The translations under genes and the position numbers were made by a program. Of a DNA stretch of 64,000 nt, positions 13,001 to 25,400 are shown in pieces. The notes under the pieces were generated by a model. It saw only the letters and a list, made by a program, of their open reading frames with translations, was not told the origin of the DNA and did no database searches. The DNA lies in the NCBI GenBank assembly GCA_016748015.1, contig JAAOMT010000129.1, forward strand, positions 682,001 to 746,000. Reading direction: 5' to 3'. The stretch is from Geosiphon pyriformis uo1. Taxonomy: Eukaryota; Fungi; Glomeromycota. Within the stretch, counting starts at the first letter, position 1. Each line of letters starts with the position of its first letter.

Positions 13001-16000
13001 TTTTCACCACAAAGGACATCATAAGTGCTGTATGCTGAAGAAATCCTGTCTGAGAGTATTTTAGAGAGAATCTTGTGAGCTGTCTCAATCAGTACAATAG
13101 GATAAGTATTTGTAAGAACACCCTCCCATTCATACGGTTTGGGAATTATCGAAACCCAAGCTTCTCTCCAAGGGCCAGGAACAGATTTCACAAATAGGCA
13201 AGAGTTCAAAAGCACCAAGAGCATATTAAGGACTGAAATATCGCAATGTTTCCAAAGCTCATTTGAGATACCCGAAAGGCCAGCAGCTTTGCCATCTGGC
13301 AGGTTGGAAACAACTCCAAACAATTCATCGAAGTCAATCAAACTCATTACACCAGAAAAAGCTTTATCGAAAACATAACCTAAAGAACGATACTGGCAAG
13401 ACCACTCATCATTAATGTTAAGCACTACCCTTCGCTTTCTAGTCCAGCCTTCCATAATCTCATCCATCTTAGACTTCACAGGAGCAGGATCCAACACCAG
13501 CTCATCCCCCACCACCAAATGATCTAAAACCACCTTGTGGAAGGGTCGTTCCAAAACATTACGTACAGTATGACCTTTGTTCAACTCAAAACTCTCCATT
13601 TTTTTGTCAATTGCCGACTTAATCTGAGATTCTTTGGCATGGTTTGATTCTGACAACTTAGACGAATGGTAAGATTTCCTTATCTTGGCCAAAGCTGAAC
13701 AAATAGTATCAAAATGAGAACCCGAAAGAAAGAGAGACTCCACAACAGAAGCATTAGCAGTATTAATTCCCTTCCATGTGTTAAGTAGAGAAACAAATTC
13801 CTCATAAGAGACCAGACAAGAGGCTTTGACAATCTTCAACACCAAAAGCTCCAATTTGTGAAATCTGGATGATACTCTATTATAGACACTGTCAAAACTC
13901 TTAAACCATTTTTTTTTGAAAACGTTCTCAGCTGACAAACACACCACTTGGCAAAGGTGACTCCACATTGTGTTCAGGTCCAAACATACCTTGGCAGCAT
14001 AAAATTCATCATGGAATATGGCAGCATTTGCCGAAGTATCCTCTTTAAACTTGATCCAATTGGCGCCACCAGCATTTACAAAATTGTACTTCCAACGATC
14101 CTTATTCACTTGTTTGCGCAATGAGTTCAACTGCACATTCAGCAAACCACCAAGACCCACGGAGACAGAAACAGCTTTATGATCAGTGTCAAAATACTCT
14201 TCGACACCAGATACATCACGATCCAAAATTGCGTTAACAAGACTTGACGATACAAACACATAATCAATAATTTTAGCCACTCCATAAGAATTGTTCCACG
14301 TAGCTTCCTTTCCAAATAAGCTTCTACTCAAAGAGTTGACCAAACCCAAATCAAAGCATTTTTTTAAGCTGGTACTTTTGCGAGAACCATCTTCATTAAA
14401 GTCACCACCCAAGATGATGAAAGAAGACTTATTTACCGTCCTCACGATCAAAGAATTAATATCATCTGCCTGAGAAAAATGTACTGCCAAAGATGATCCA
14501 GCATATAGCCCCAAAATTGACACAGACAGTTTATTTTTGAAGAGAAGCTTAATAGAAAGAAACCAGCCAGGAATGTCTAAAACCTTACACACATGCCAAG
14601 CCAAGAAATTGTTCATAATGATTGCAACCCCAGAACTCATGTGACCAGAACTCAAACCAGAAGTAAAAACCCAAACGCCAACAAACTTGTTCATAATCCA
14701 AGAGCAAACCCTATCTTTCAACTTAGTCTCAGTAACAATTGAAATCACATTGTTTATTTCTTTATGCCAATGAATAATATCCTCCTGTTTTGTAAGATTG
14801 TTCATACCCCTAACATTGCACATAGCAATTTTCCAAATATAACTGGTCATTGAGATGAGGAGAGGACCAGAGGACCCGAACCAGCACACATCTGCTCTAA
14901 CTTTGCCAAAATCGAACCAATGGAGGCATTGAGAGCAACCAACTTCAATTCTAAAACACCAATTTTAGAAGTCAGCACCTTGGAACTGCTATGACCCAAT
15001 TGAGAACTATCTTCGCCAGAAGTGAAAGAAATGGGTTGAGTTAAAGGAACATCTAACACCATGTTGGAATCCAAGTCAGAGTTAGCCACCATAAGAGAAC
15101 TAGAGACGGATGGTTGAGGAGTATTTACTGGAAGAATTATATTAGAAGGAGGAGCTAAAGACACTAAACTGAGATTGTTAAAATAAAGAAGAATGTTTGA
15201 AATTTGATCAGATAAAAGCTCTACAGAGCATTTCAAACATGCCAAATGCACTTCCAAGGGGGCATCAACCATAGAGAAAGGGTGAAGGGTACTACCAGAA
15301 CTTGAAGCACCAAAGAGCAAAGAACCGGAACCAGAGCCATCATGAAAACCACGAGAGACCGAAGCAACTGAGACCACTTGGGCCCAGGATTTGCCTCCAA
15401 AAGTGACAGGACGAGAGATCGGAACCTTTTTTTTAGCATATAATTTGGCCAACTAGAGACGAGTATTCAAGTTAGCAGGCTTTTTAAATGACTTGGGTGA
15501 CTGAGAAGCTGATGCAACCTCAGCATCACATTCCAAGGCAGAATGACCGAACTTCCCATACCGTTTACAATGAACCAAATCCAACCTAGCCCATGAGAGT
15601 TTCACTCCACCAAAGATTGGCTCCATGTGAAAAGCTGATTCCATAGCTTCATCAGATTCAAAACATATCACAGCACAGTGTGTTCTGTTGCCAGTCTCCA
15701 ATAAATGATTGATGACACAAGTTTTCCCACCAGTCCCTTCCAAAAAATTCTCAAGATCATGAGCTGTCATTCCCACTGACAAAGTAAACAGAAGCGTCCT
15801 AAACTGATCCCTAAAAGCCCATGTCTCACGATCTTCCACAGCCTTGGCCACACACACAGAATTTTTCCCAATTAGGAAAGACCATTTTGACACCAATAGA
15901 TCAGCCTGACTAGATTCAGCAAACTCCACCACAGTCTTCTGCCACAGCCCAATTAACTGAACTTTGATAGACACAAACTGACCATACTCGGATACTGTGG

Positions 16001-16869
16001 CAATGATCATTTCTTTTGGCGTATCCATAAGAATTTTCTTGATTACTACAGCCCGATCCAAGTGAATTCCTTGTCTCTTAAGATTGCTGTTTACTATGAT
16101 GTTATTCACCTTGGCCAATGATGTGGTTTTTTCCATGCTCTTTGATGAAGTAAACGTTGATCTGATGATTCCTTCAAATTTTGAAGGGGTAGTGACCCCC
16201 CCAAAACCGTTGATTTTTAAAAACAATTTCCTGATTAATTGAGTTTTTGCAGTCGCCGATTTGCCTTCCACTGATGAAAGATTAATATCTAATGCAAAGG
16301 ACTTCTTAACAGCAACTTCTACTTGAGATTTAACAATTTTGGGATCCAACCACATTTTTTCTAAAGGAATACCAAGAAGAGGGGGGAGAGAACCACCATT
16401 ATCATCATTCATGTTGTAATCTAATGAACCAAGAGGGAAGCCGCAGTCCAAATCGTTTTTAACTCTCTTCACCTTAGGAGTTGTTGCAGCTGAGCCAAGA
16501 AGAGACCCATTATCACCACCAGCCAAGATGCTATTTGCAACACTGTCACCAGAATTACTTTCCATATCTGAGTATTAACTCCCATCTGAATGAGATTTGG
16601 CCAAAGCAGCTTTGTTTCTATCACTAGATTGATTCATATGGCGAAGGGAAACTCTTTTTTTTTGAGAAAAGGGACCACCAATAGAACCAGAAGAAGCACC
16701 AACAAGAGCTTTCTTATTTGACATACCACCGCCAGAAACAGTTTCCAAGTCCACAACAAAAGGATTATTTGTAAGAGAAATGTTGAGGTACAGTAAGTGA
16801 AAAACAAAAAACTACTTTCAAAATATGACTCTTTTTTAGGAATTTGGGACGAAGGAAAGAAAACAGTTT
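10040..16869 (-). mobile_element. LINE copy 2, full length, degenerate
   Basis: Poly(T) at 10040. ORF2 14850->10173 (APE ETKL/GGDFN/IDY/DTDH; RT FVDDTIW; RNase H KVKGHSG; CLYCGNVEVSDHVFSC); ORF1 ~16724->14847. Confidence 0.93.
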
Positions 16870-18581
16870 TTATAGATTATTTTAAATTTGACTGTAACTA
16901 CCAATTTAATAACTATTAATAACTTTTAAATCTGAATTTAAAACAATTTTTTTAACACATTTTTTATTTTGTTTTTTTTGGTTTATTTTTTTTTTAATTT
17001 TTTTTATATTATTAAGTAATTTATAATTAAAATTTCTTATAAAAAAGTTAACTTTTATAACAAAGTAATTACACATATTTTAAAAAACTTATAAATAAGA
17101 TTTTTTTATAAAAAAGTTGATTTTTATTATAAAATAATTATATAAGTAATTGGCATAGGATTGGTTATTTTATCATAAATTTAACAGCATATATAGTTCA
17201 AAATATAGAAAGATATTTTAGAAAAAAAGTTAGTCTATTAAAAATTTACTGACTTCTATTAATAGCAGAATTAACAGTAAATTAAATATTAATAACATTA
17301 AAAAAGATATAAAAAATTTTTAATAATAATATATAATTAAAATTTTTAATATTAAAACAGTTAATAAAAAATATATAATTAAAAATATTTTAGAATATTT
17401 TTTTTACAAAGTTGATTTGAATTATTTAGTTATTAATAATAAACATATTTTTAAATTTAATGAAATTATATTTAAAATTAAAAAATTATAAAAAATTAAG
17501 CTAAAAAAAAGTAATATTAAATAATATTTTAAATTTTAACTATGTTAATGTTTTTTTAAAATATATAAATAATAATATTTTTAATAATATTATAAATTAA
17601 ATTAAATTAAATTAAATAAAATGAATTATTATTAATTATTAAGGATTTTTTTTAAAATACTATAATAATATTGTTATTAGTTTATTATTAAATTTATAAA
17701 ATACTTATTTATTAAATAAATTTGTGTTTATAACTTAAAAAAAATTTAAGTTTTGATAATTCCTAAATTTTATAAATAAAATAATATTTTTATTAATATT
17801 TAGCTTATTGTTTTAATTAAGATTAATAGAAAATTTTTTTAAAAATTTTGTTTAATTAATTTTTTGTATATAACAAGTTTAAAATTTTTTTTAATAACAA
17901 TTTTTTTGATTTAAAAAAAAATTTTATTTAATTTTCTATATTTATTGTAGATTTAATTATTAAAAATATTTTTAAAAAAAAAAACTTTAATTAATTTTAT
18001 AAAATATATGTAAAATATATAATTTTTATAAAATAATTTTATTTAAAAAACAGTTTAATTTATATTAAAATATATAAGAAGTTTATTGAATTTTTTGGTA
18101 ATATTTATGATAATAAAATTAACAGAGTTATAATAAATTTGAATTAAAAATAATTAAACTTATATTTAATATATTTTAAATATTACAAATAGATTTTTTG
18201 ATATTAATAATATTTTAATTAATAATAAAACAATAATTATTTTAATTTAAATTAAAAATATATTTTTGTTCATTAATAATTTGTTAATTTTTATTGTAAA
18301 AAAAAATATTTAGGTATTTTTTTGTTTATAAAAAAACTATTTAAACCTAATTTAGCCAAAATATATTTTAATATTAAGTTTTTTTAAATTTAATATTAAA
18401 AAAAAACAGTTTTAAACAAACAATTTTTATATTTTTGCTATTTTATAACTTATTATTAGTTATTGGTTTCAGATTAGTTTTGTTTTAAAAATATATATTA
18501 TAAATAAAATATTATAATAAAAAAGGATTTAAAATTAAAAACTAATTTGTTTAAAAACTTTTTTAATAAGACTTTATATTA

Positions 18582-18636
18582 TTTTTTTTATTTAATTTTT
18601 TTTTTATTAACATTTATTAAGTGAGGCCCAAATATT
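18582..18636 (-). mobile_element. Ultra-short 3' tip of the LINE family with T-rich tail
   Basis: T-tract followed by catttattaagtgaggcccaaatatt, matching the 3' terminus catttaatgagtga(a/g)gtccaaatgtt of the full copies. Confidence 0.55.
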
Positions 18637-21599
18637 ATATAATTTGAAATTTTTTAAATAAATATAGGTTAAAAAAAAATAATATTGATTATTATTTTCT
18701 TTAATATTACTAATATTCTTGTTTATTTTTTTTATTTTTATTTTTATTTTTTAAACTGTTTAACAAATAAAGCCCAATCATTATCTAGTACATAGAGCCA
18801 GATTAAGTGGCTCAAACTAAATGTGACTCACGCACTTTCTACATGTGGCTAGTCACTCAGGCCAGACAAGACAACACTATGCACTAACACAAACACAAAG
18901 ATTACTATCCAAACCCCCAAAAAAAAGACAAGGCCTGTGACAGCCAAAACTGATAGCAAAAAACTCAGTGATGCCAAGCAACCTAATCATATTGTCAGAA
19001 AGCACAAAAAACATACTACAAGATAGACCCAACATCAAGCTATTGTTACTGACCAAACCAGCTCTCTCCATGTCTGACCTAAACTTAGATCTAACTAACC
19101 ACACTCTAGAATGATGCAACTTAACCAAAAATCTTATAAAATCAACAACTATATAGGAAGCTTTCTTAATATCATCAAAAACACCAGCCGCTTCAACACA
19201 CCAACTCTTCATCACAAATTTCTTACACAAAACTGAATATCTGCCAACATCTAAAAGGCAAGAATTAAGAACCTGAAGAACAGAAAAAGAAGACAGGTCA
19301 CAAACGCCAACCAAAAAAACCCAATGTGCTGAAGCCTCCAATAGAATTTTCTTATGAGTGTAAGCATCTTGTAGACAAGAGAAAACATAGTTGGGCAACT
19401 CCATCTTTCTATACAACAAGCATTGAACACCTGGATAACATCTATTATACAACCTTTTCCTAACTGTTACTGGCAATCTCCTATGCAAAGCCTTCATCAA
19501 ATATGTACAAAGATTCACCAATTTTCAGCTGATAAACCCAGCAAGCATGTGAGAATTAGAATGCCAGACCCTCACAGAAGAAACCCAATCAAAATCCCTC
19601 AATATGTCAATAGAGATCACATCACAGCCTGGACCAGCTTCCCAATGAGTGCGACAAACAGACCTAAATAAATCCTTAATGAAGTGATGAGCATTGCCCA
19701 AGACCACAGTGTCTTCAGCCACCAAAAAACATTCACGGACTCTCACTGGTAAAACATAAGAAGAGCCAGCAGCCTCACCCACAAACCTGTCAGTTTTTAC
19801 ATTACCAGGAACACCAGCATGGCCCCTGACCTTGGCCCAACTCACACTAAGATTTTTATCCTTAATCAAATTAAAAACATGCCTATGCTCAACTTAATAG
19901 CAGTTGCAAAAATCTGGAACCTTAGATGACAACTTAGAGACACATGCATTAATAGCAGCTTGACTGTCAAAAAACAAGAGCACTGAACAAGAGGATGAAA
20001 CACATTCCAAAGTGAGAGCAACAGCCTGCAACTCGGCTATAGTAGAAGACAAGAGGCCATAAACCTTGACACCAATGCTCAAATCCAAAACTAGGAAATA
20101 TGCAGCAGCACCACTTGACACATCAGCAGAACCAGCACCCATTAATGACCCGTCCATGTAAATCTCAAAACAGCCAGACCAGACCCCATGTAAACCATCC
20201 CATACAGAGAAAAACACATCAAACTCCAAAATGTTCAAACCACAAGAATGAGCAGTGCCAGAAGAGCCAGAGGAGAAAAAACTCTTATCCAGCAAATACT
20301 TAGATACAACCACAAACCAAAAAGACACTGGGCCCTGTGGATCTAACTGTTTTCAATGACAAAAAGTCTTCCAATTTAACAGAACACCCTTTTTATTGAA
20401 GATCCGATCTCCAAAAGCAACACCATAACATTTAAGAGACTGAACAGAATCAAAGTACAAAGACTCCCCAAGAATCAAAGACATTGAAAAATGACCAAGA
20501 TGACGAAAAAAATTAGAGAGGTTGTTTACTAAAGAGAGACCATTGTTCAAAAAATCTTCACTACACCCACCAAAAAATTGTTCACCAGACTAACATGCAG
20601 CTTGACAGGAGCTTGAAAAGAATTCAAAGAAGCCCACCCCTGGATCTGCAAGTCCAGACACCTATGTTCAAACAAGCGACCAAGAATGTCAGGAGCATTA
20701 GAAAAAGAAATCAAAGAGACCACTTTTGTCTCAGATTGCACTTGCTCAAAAGACTTCAAGCCATATAGAAAGGGATGATGCAGAGCAGCATCAGAAAAAT
20801 TGCAGAGTAGATGTGCCTTGGACTTGAAGTCTTTCTTAATCAAAATGTCTCACTTGTGGCAAACATCAGATGAAACAAAACTGAACTGTGTTCAGTAACT
20901 AACAATGGGCTGTAAAACAGCCAAGACCAAATAAGAAAACTGTTTATCCATAATTGCTTTCCTTAGCACTGTATGAACAAAAAAACAAACATCTGAGTGA
21001 GCCTTGGCTAAACTCAGTTTGGACAACCCTTTAGTTGATAAAAAAATACCCAAATATCTGTGAGCTTTGTTCTTCTTGGCAATAGAGATTGGCTGACCAC
21101 TTATACTTAAAAAAGCAAACCTAACACCCTGATTAATTGGTATAGCCACCGTTTTTTCATTGTTTATAGAAATGTTGTTGATAGAGAAAAAATCACTAGC
21201 AATATTCAAAACATACTGCATAGAAGATTGGCAATCTCCAACCCAAATCGTATCATCTACAAAAGCACCAGCAGCAAAGAATGAAGACATCCCATCACTA
21301 TTCTTAATCCTGCCAGTTTTCGCCACAAATTTTGTATCAATACAATATCCACACAAATGTTCATGTCTTTTAATCTCATACAAGAGCAGATTATAGAAGA
21401 TTCGTCAAAGAAGAGGCAAAAAAACCTCACTCTAATCAAGGCCATCATGTACCCTATAACCATTTGAGAGACCAAAATCAGTCATTACCCTATTAACCCT
21501 GTCCTCATAAATCCCACCAAAAAATTCAACAAATCTGTTACACATCTTAATATGACACAGGCTAGCCCTCAAGTAGTGCCAACCAATAGAATCATACAC

Positions 21600-22492
21600 T
21601 GTTACAAGTGATTATTTCTGTTGTGGAATTGAATAACAAACCCATAACTTGGTGCTCAAAAGCTACTTTTGTGAATGATGTGCAGAAGGTATGGTATCTG
21701 AAGATTTTGGTTGATCTGAAGGTTTTGTTGTGGAGTTTTTTGTATAATAGACAGAGATTCAATAAGGTTAATAGTGGTTGTATCCTCAAGTGGTTTTCCC
21801 AATTTCTTTCTCAGCATGATGGCCAGATTTAGTCTGGTAGTCGTGCTCTTTTGGTAAGCTATCTGATAATATATATAAAGTCCTACCCTTATTTCTGGGT
21901 CTTTTACCAGGCTATTCTTGATGTCAATAACTCAGTGCTTAATCTTTTAATCAATTAGTATACAACAACAAAAATCAAAGAAAGAAAGGAAATAAAATAA
22001 AGAAAATAAAAATAAAAAAAATAAAGGAAATAAGTCAAGACAATTTGGTTCGTTAGTATTTCGTCAATAGCCATGATTAAAAGCTATTGTTCCAGTGTGA
22101 TTAAGTAGCAATTACTATCAACATGAAGTGTTGATAGTGAATAGTGGATTGAGATATGGAATAATTATTTATTTGATGATTGGTTTCTTGGCTAAATATT
22201 CTGTGGTATTAATTCTGTCTTTTCTGTTTCTAACACTACTGCTATATATACATAATTGGGATTCCTCAATTCCTCGATTCTTCATGACAAAAATCCTAGA
22301 ATTTCTGGAATCCTGCGATTCCTTTGAGAGGAATCCTGGAATTCTGGAATCCTGCAATTTCTTGTTGGGAATCCTGAAATTCCTGGAATCCTGCAATTCC
22401 TGAAAAGAATCCTGGAATTCCACATTTACTATGCTTACTTCTAATTGGCTAATAATTATGCTAATATATTTCCTATATTTCTATGAGTAACA
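21600..22492. mobile_element. Solo LTR (893 bp) of an LTR retrotransposon
   Basis: Termini TGTTAC...GTAACA (TG..CA, inverted). It splits the RT motif KAYDS of LINE copy 3 and is flanked by a 4-bp TSD acac (21596-21599) / atgc (22493-22496) derivable from ACGC. No coding domains. Confidence 0.85.
22258..22421. repeat. Array of ~9-bp GGAATCCT/GGAATTCC-type units inside the solo LTR
   Basis: About 3.5 copies of ~GAATCCTGGAATTCCTGGAATCCTGCRATTCCT separated by short variable linkers. Confidence 0.85.
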
Positions 22493-25400
22493 ATGCCTTG
22501 TACATATCCTGCAACACCAACCAAAGTTCTCTATTTTTTTTGAGAACATTCTCCACTACTAATCCAACAGCAAACACAGGAGATTGAGTGGAAGTACTCT
22601 TCAGCACTGAGAAATTGTCATCACGGAGAATGTTAAACTTGCTGCACACAAACAAAATCCTGTTCGAAAAAATCTTGGAGAGAATCTTTTTGGCCATTTT
22701 GATCAAGGCAATAGGGTGAGTATTTGTTAGAAACCCATCCCAATCATAAGGTTTCGAAATCATTGAGACCCAAGCTCTCTTCTACAAAGCAGGCACAGAA
22801 CCAACAGACAAACACATATTTAACAACACCAAGAGGCACTCCATCATCTTCTCACCACCATGTTTCTAAAGTTCGTTAGTAATGCCAAACAACCCAGCAG
22901 CTTTACCATCAGGCAGACCACCAATGACCAGAAGCAACTCACTTAAACTAACAGCATTTATAACACCAGAAAAAGCGTCATCCCTGACATGGACCAAAGA
23001 GGCATATTGACAGACCCAAAGATCAGGCAGCACTGAAGACAACATCCACTTCCTCATCCAACCCTCCATAATCCTGTCAATTTTCAACTTTACCTCTTCA
23101 GGCTCCAAAACAAGCTCATCATTAACCACTAAATGATCCAACATTATTTTCCAAAATGGCTGACCTAAAACACTCCTGATTATGCTGCCCTTGTTAGAGC
23201 AAAACTTTTCTATGTGTTTCTCAATAGCCTCCCTAATAGCAGTCTCCTGCACCAATTTTGATTCATACATCTTGAATTTTCTGTACTCTCTTCTGACAAC
23301 TGATAAGAACTTAAGAATGTCGGCCTTTTTTCAACCAGAATCAACCATGTTCACCAACACAAGAGCCTTATCAGCATCCAACATAGACCATTTTCTCACC
23401 AGATGATCAAAATCAGAGGTATCAGCTGAGCCAAATTTTTTGATAATTTTGACAATTAACAACTTCAAACCCAGAAATTTAGAAGATTGTTTATTTTTTG
23501 AACAATAAAACTCACTAAACCAGTGCTGAAAAAATGTTACATCTGCAGAATCCACCAAAACCTTTTTCAACAGAGACCACATAATGTCCAAATCATAATC
23601 AGCAGCAGTGGCACAAAAACTATCCATAACATCTAAAACCACAGCAAAGAAACAGTCTCTGAAACGAGACCATTTAGCTTCATCTGCATCCTTAATATTA
23701 AACTTCCAATGATCCTTGTTAGCATACTTGTACAAACTATTCAAATAAACATCCAAAAGCCCACTCAATCCAACTGAAACCATGACAGCACTGTGATCAG
23801 TGTTGAAGAAGCCCAAGACAGAGCTCACCCCATGGCCAGTAACAGCAGAAGCTAAATTCTTACTAACAAAAATAAAATCAATAGTTTTCTCAACTCTCCT
23901 AGAATTACCCCATGTAGGAGCCCCAACTAAAGGATAACCAGCAAATGAATTGACCAAACCCAAACTTGAGCAAAACTTGAAGCTTGCATTCCTCCCAGAT
24001 CTATTTTCGTTGAAGTCTCCACCCAAAATAACAAAAGTGCTAGAGTTAGCAGCCTTAGCAATGAGAGAGTTAACCTCAAAAGCCTGACCAAAACGGACAC
24101 CAAGAGAGACACCAGCATACAAACCAACAACAGAAACCGAAAGCTTGTTTTTGAACAAAAGCCGCATCACAACAATCCAGCCAGGCACCTTCTTAACCTT
24201 AGAAACATGATGAGCCAAAGAATTGTTCATGATAACGGCAACACCAGTGCCAAGAAAACCAACTTCCAAACCAAAAATGAAGATACAAACACTATCATAT
24301 TCACTCTTAATCCATGGACCAATAGAAGACCTCAACTTAGTCTCAGTAATAAAAAACATTATATTCCCAGAACTCACATGCCAGCAAACAACATCTGCTT
24401 GTTTCACAGGAACATTGATACTCCAAATGTTATATGTAACAAATTTCCAGACCAACTCAATCATTGAGAGGAAGAAGGTACAACTGAACCCGAACCAGAA
24501 CACAAGAGATCCAATTTCGTTAACACAGAACCAACTGATGCTTCCAAAGCTGACAACTTAGATTCCAAACCACTGACCTTGGAGGTCAGAATCTTTGAAC
24601 TACTTGGGCCAAGCTCAGCAACAGTGCCATTAGAAACCAGATGAGAAGAGTCGAAAGAGAACAACAGAGTGTTTACAGCCATATCCAAACCAGAAATTGG
24701 AACATCAAATGCAGAAACCTCTAACAGAAAGACATGGGAAGAGGCTGCCAATGACACCAACTCAACATCACTCAATCTCTTCAGAATGTCAGAGACTTGA
24801 TTAGCCAAAAGCTCCAAGGAGCATTCCAATACTGCCAAATGATCATTCAGACCAGAAACATCACAAGAAAAAGAATCTACTGAGAGGACCTTTGCACCAG
24901 AGGATATATTAGCACCATGAAGACCTAAAGACACCACATGAGAGAAAGAGCCACCAGCAATTTGGGTCCATGTCTTGCCATCAAAAGAAACCAGATGAGC
25001 AACAAGAACCAATTTCTTCTTATAAATTCCAGCCAGACAAACATGATCTTAATCAGTCACCACTTGCCTTCCATGACTGCCAGAATTCCCACCTACTGAA
25101 CAATTACTACCAACATAACCAAAATGCTTGTAAATTGCACAACAAGCCAAAAAAAGACCAGTTCAATGCAAATTCACACCCTTAAAAACCAGGACTGAAC
25201 CAGTCACAGCCAACTTGGCTGCTTTATTTTCAAAACAAACAACTATACACTTATCACAAACATATAAATTTGGATTGTAACCAATAAAGCATGTTTTTCT
25301 ATTATAAAACATCAGCAAATCAGAAAGGTCATGAGCTGTAGTTCCCACAGACAGTGTATAAAGTAAGGCTCGATGCTAATCCCTTGATACCCATGTTTGT

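Noticed and set aside
22258-22421. CRISPR-like repeat/spacer appearance
   Set aside because: Linkers are only ~5-7 nt, repeats are internally periodic, the context is a eukaryotic LTR and there are no cas genes
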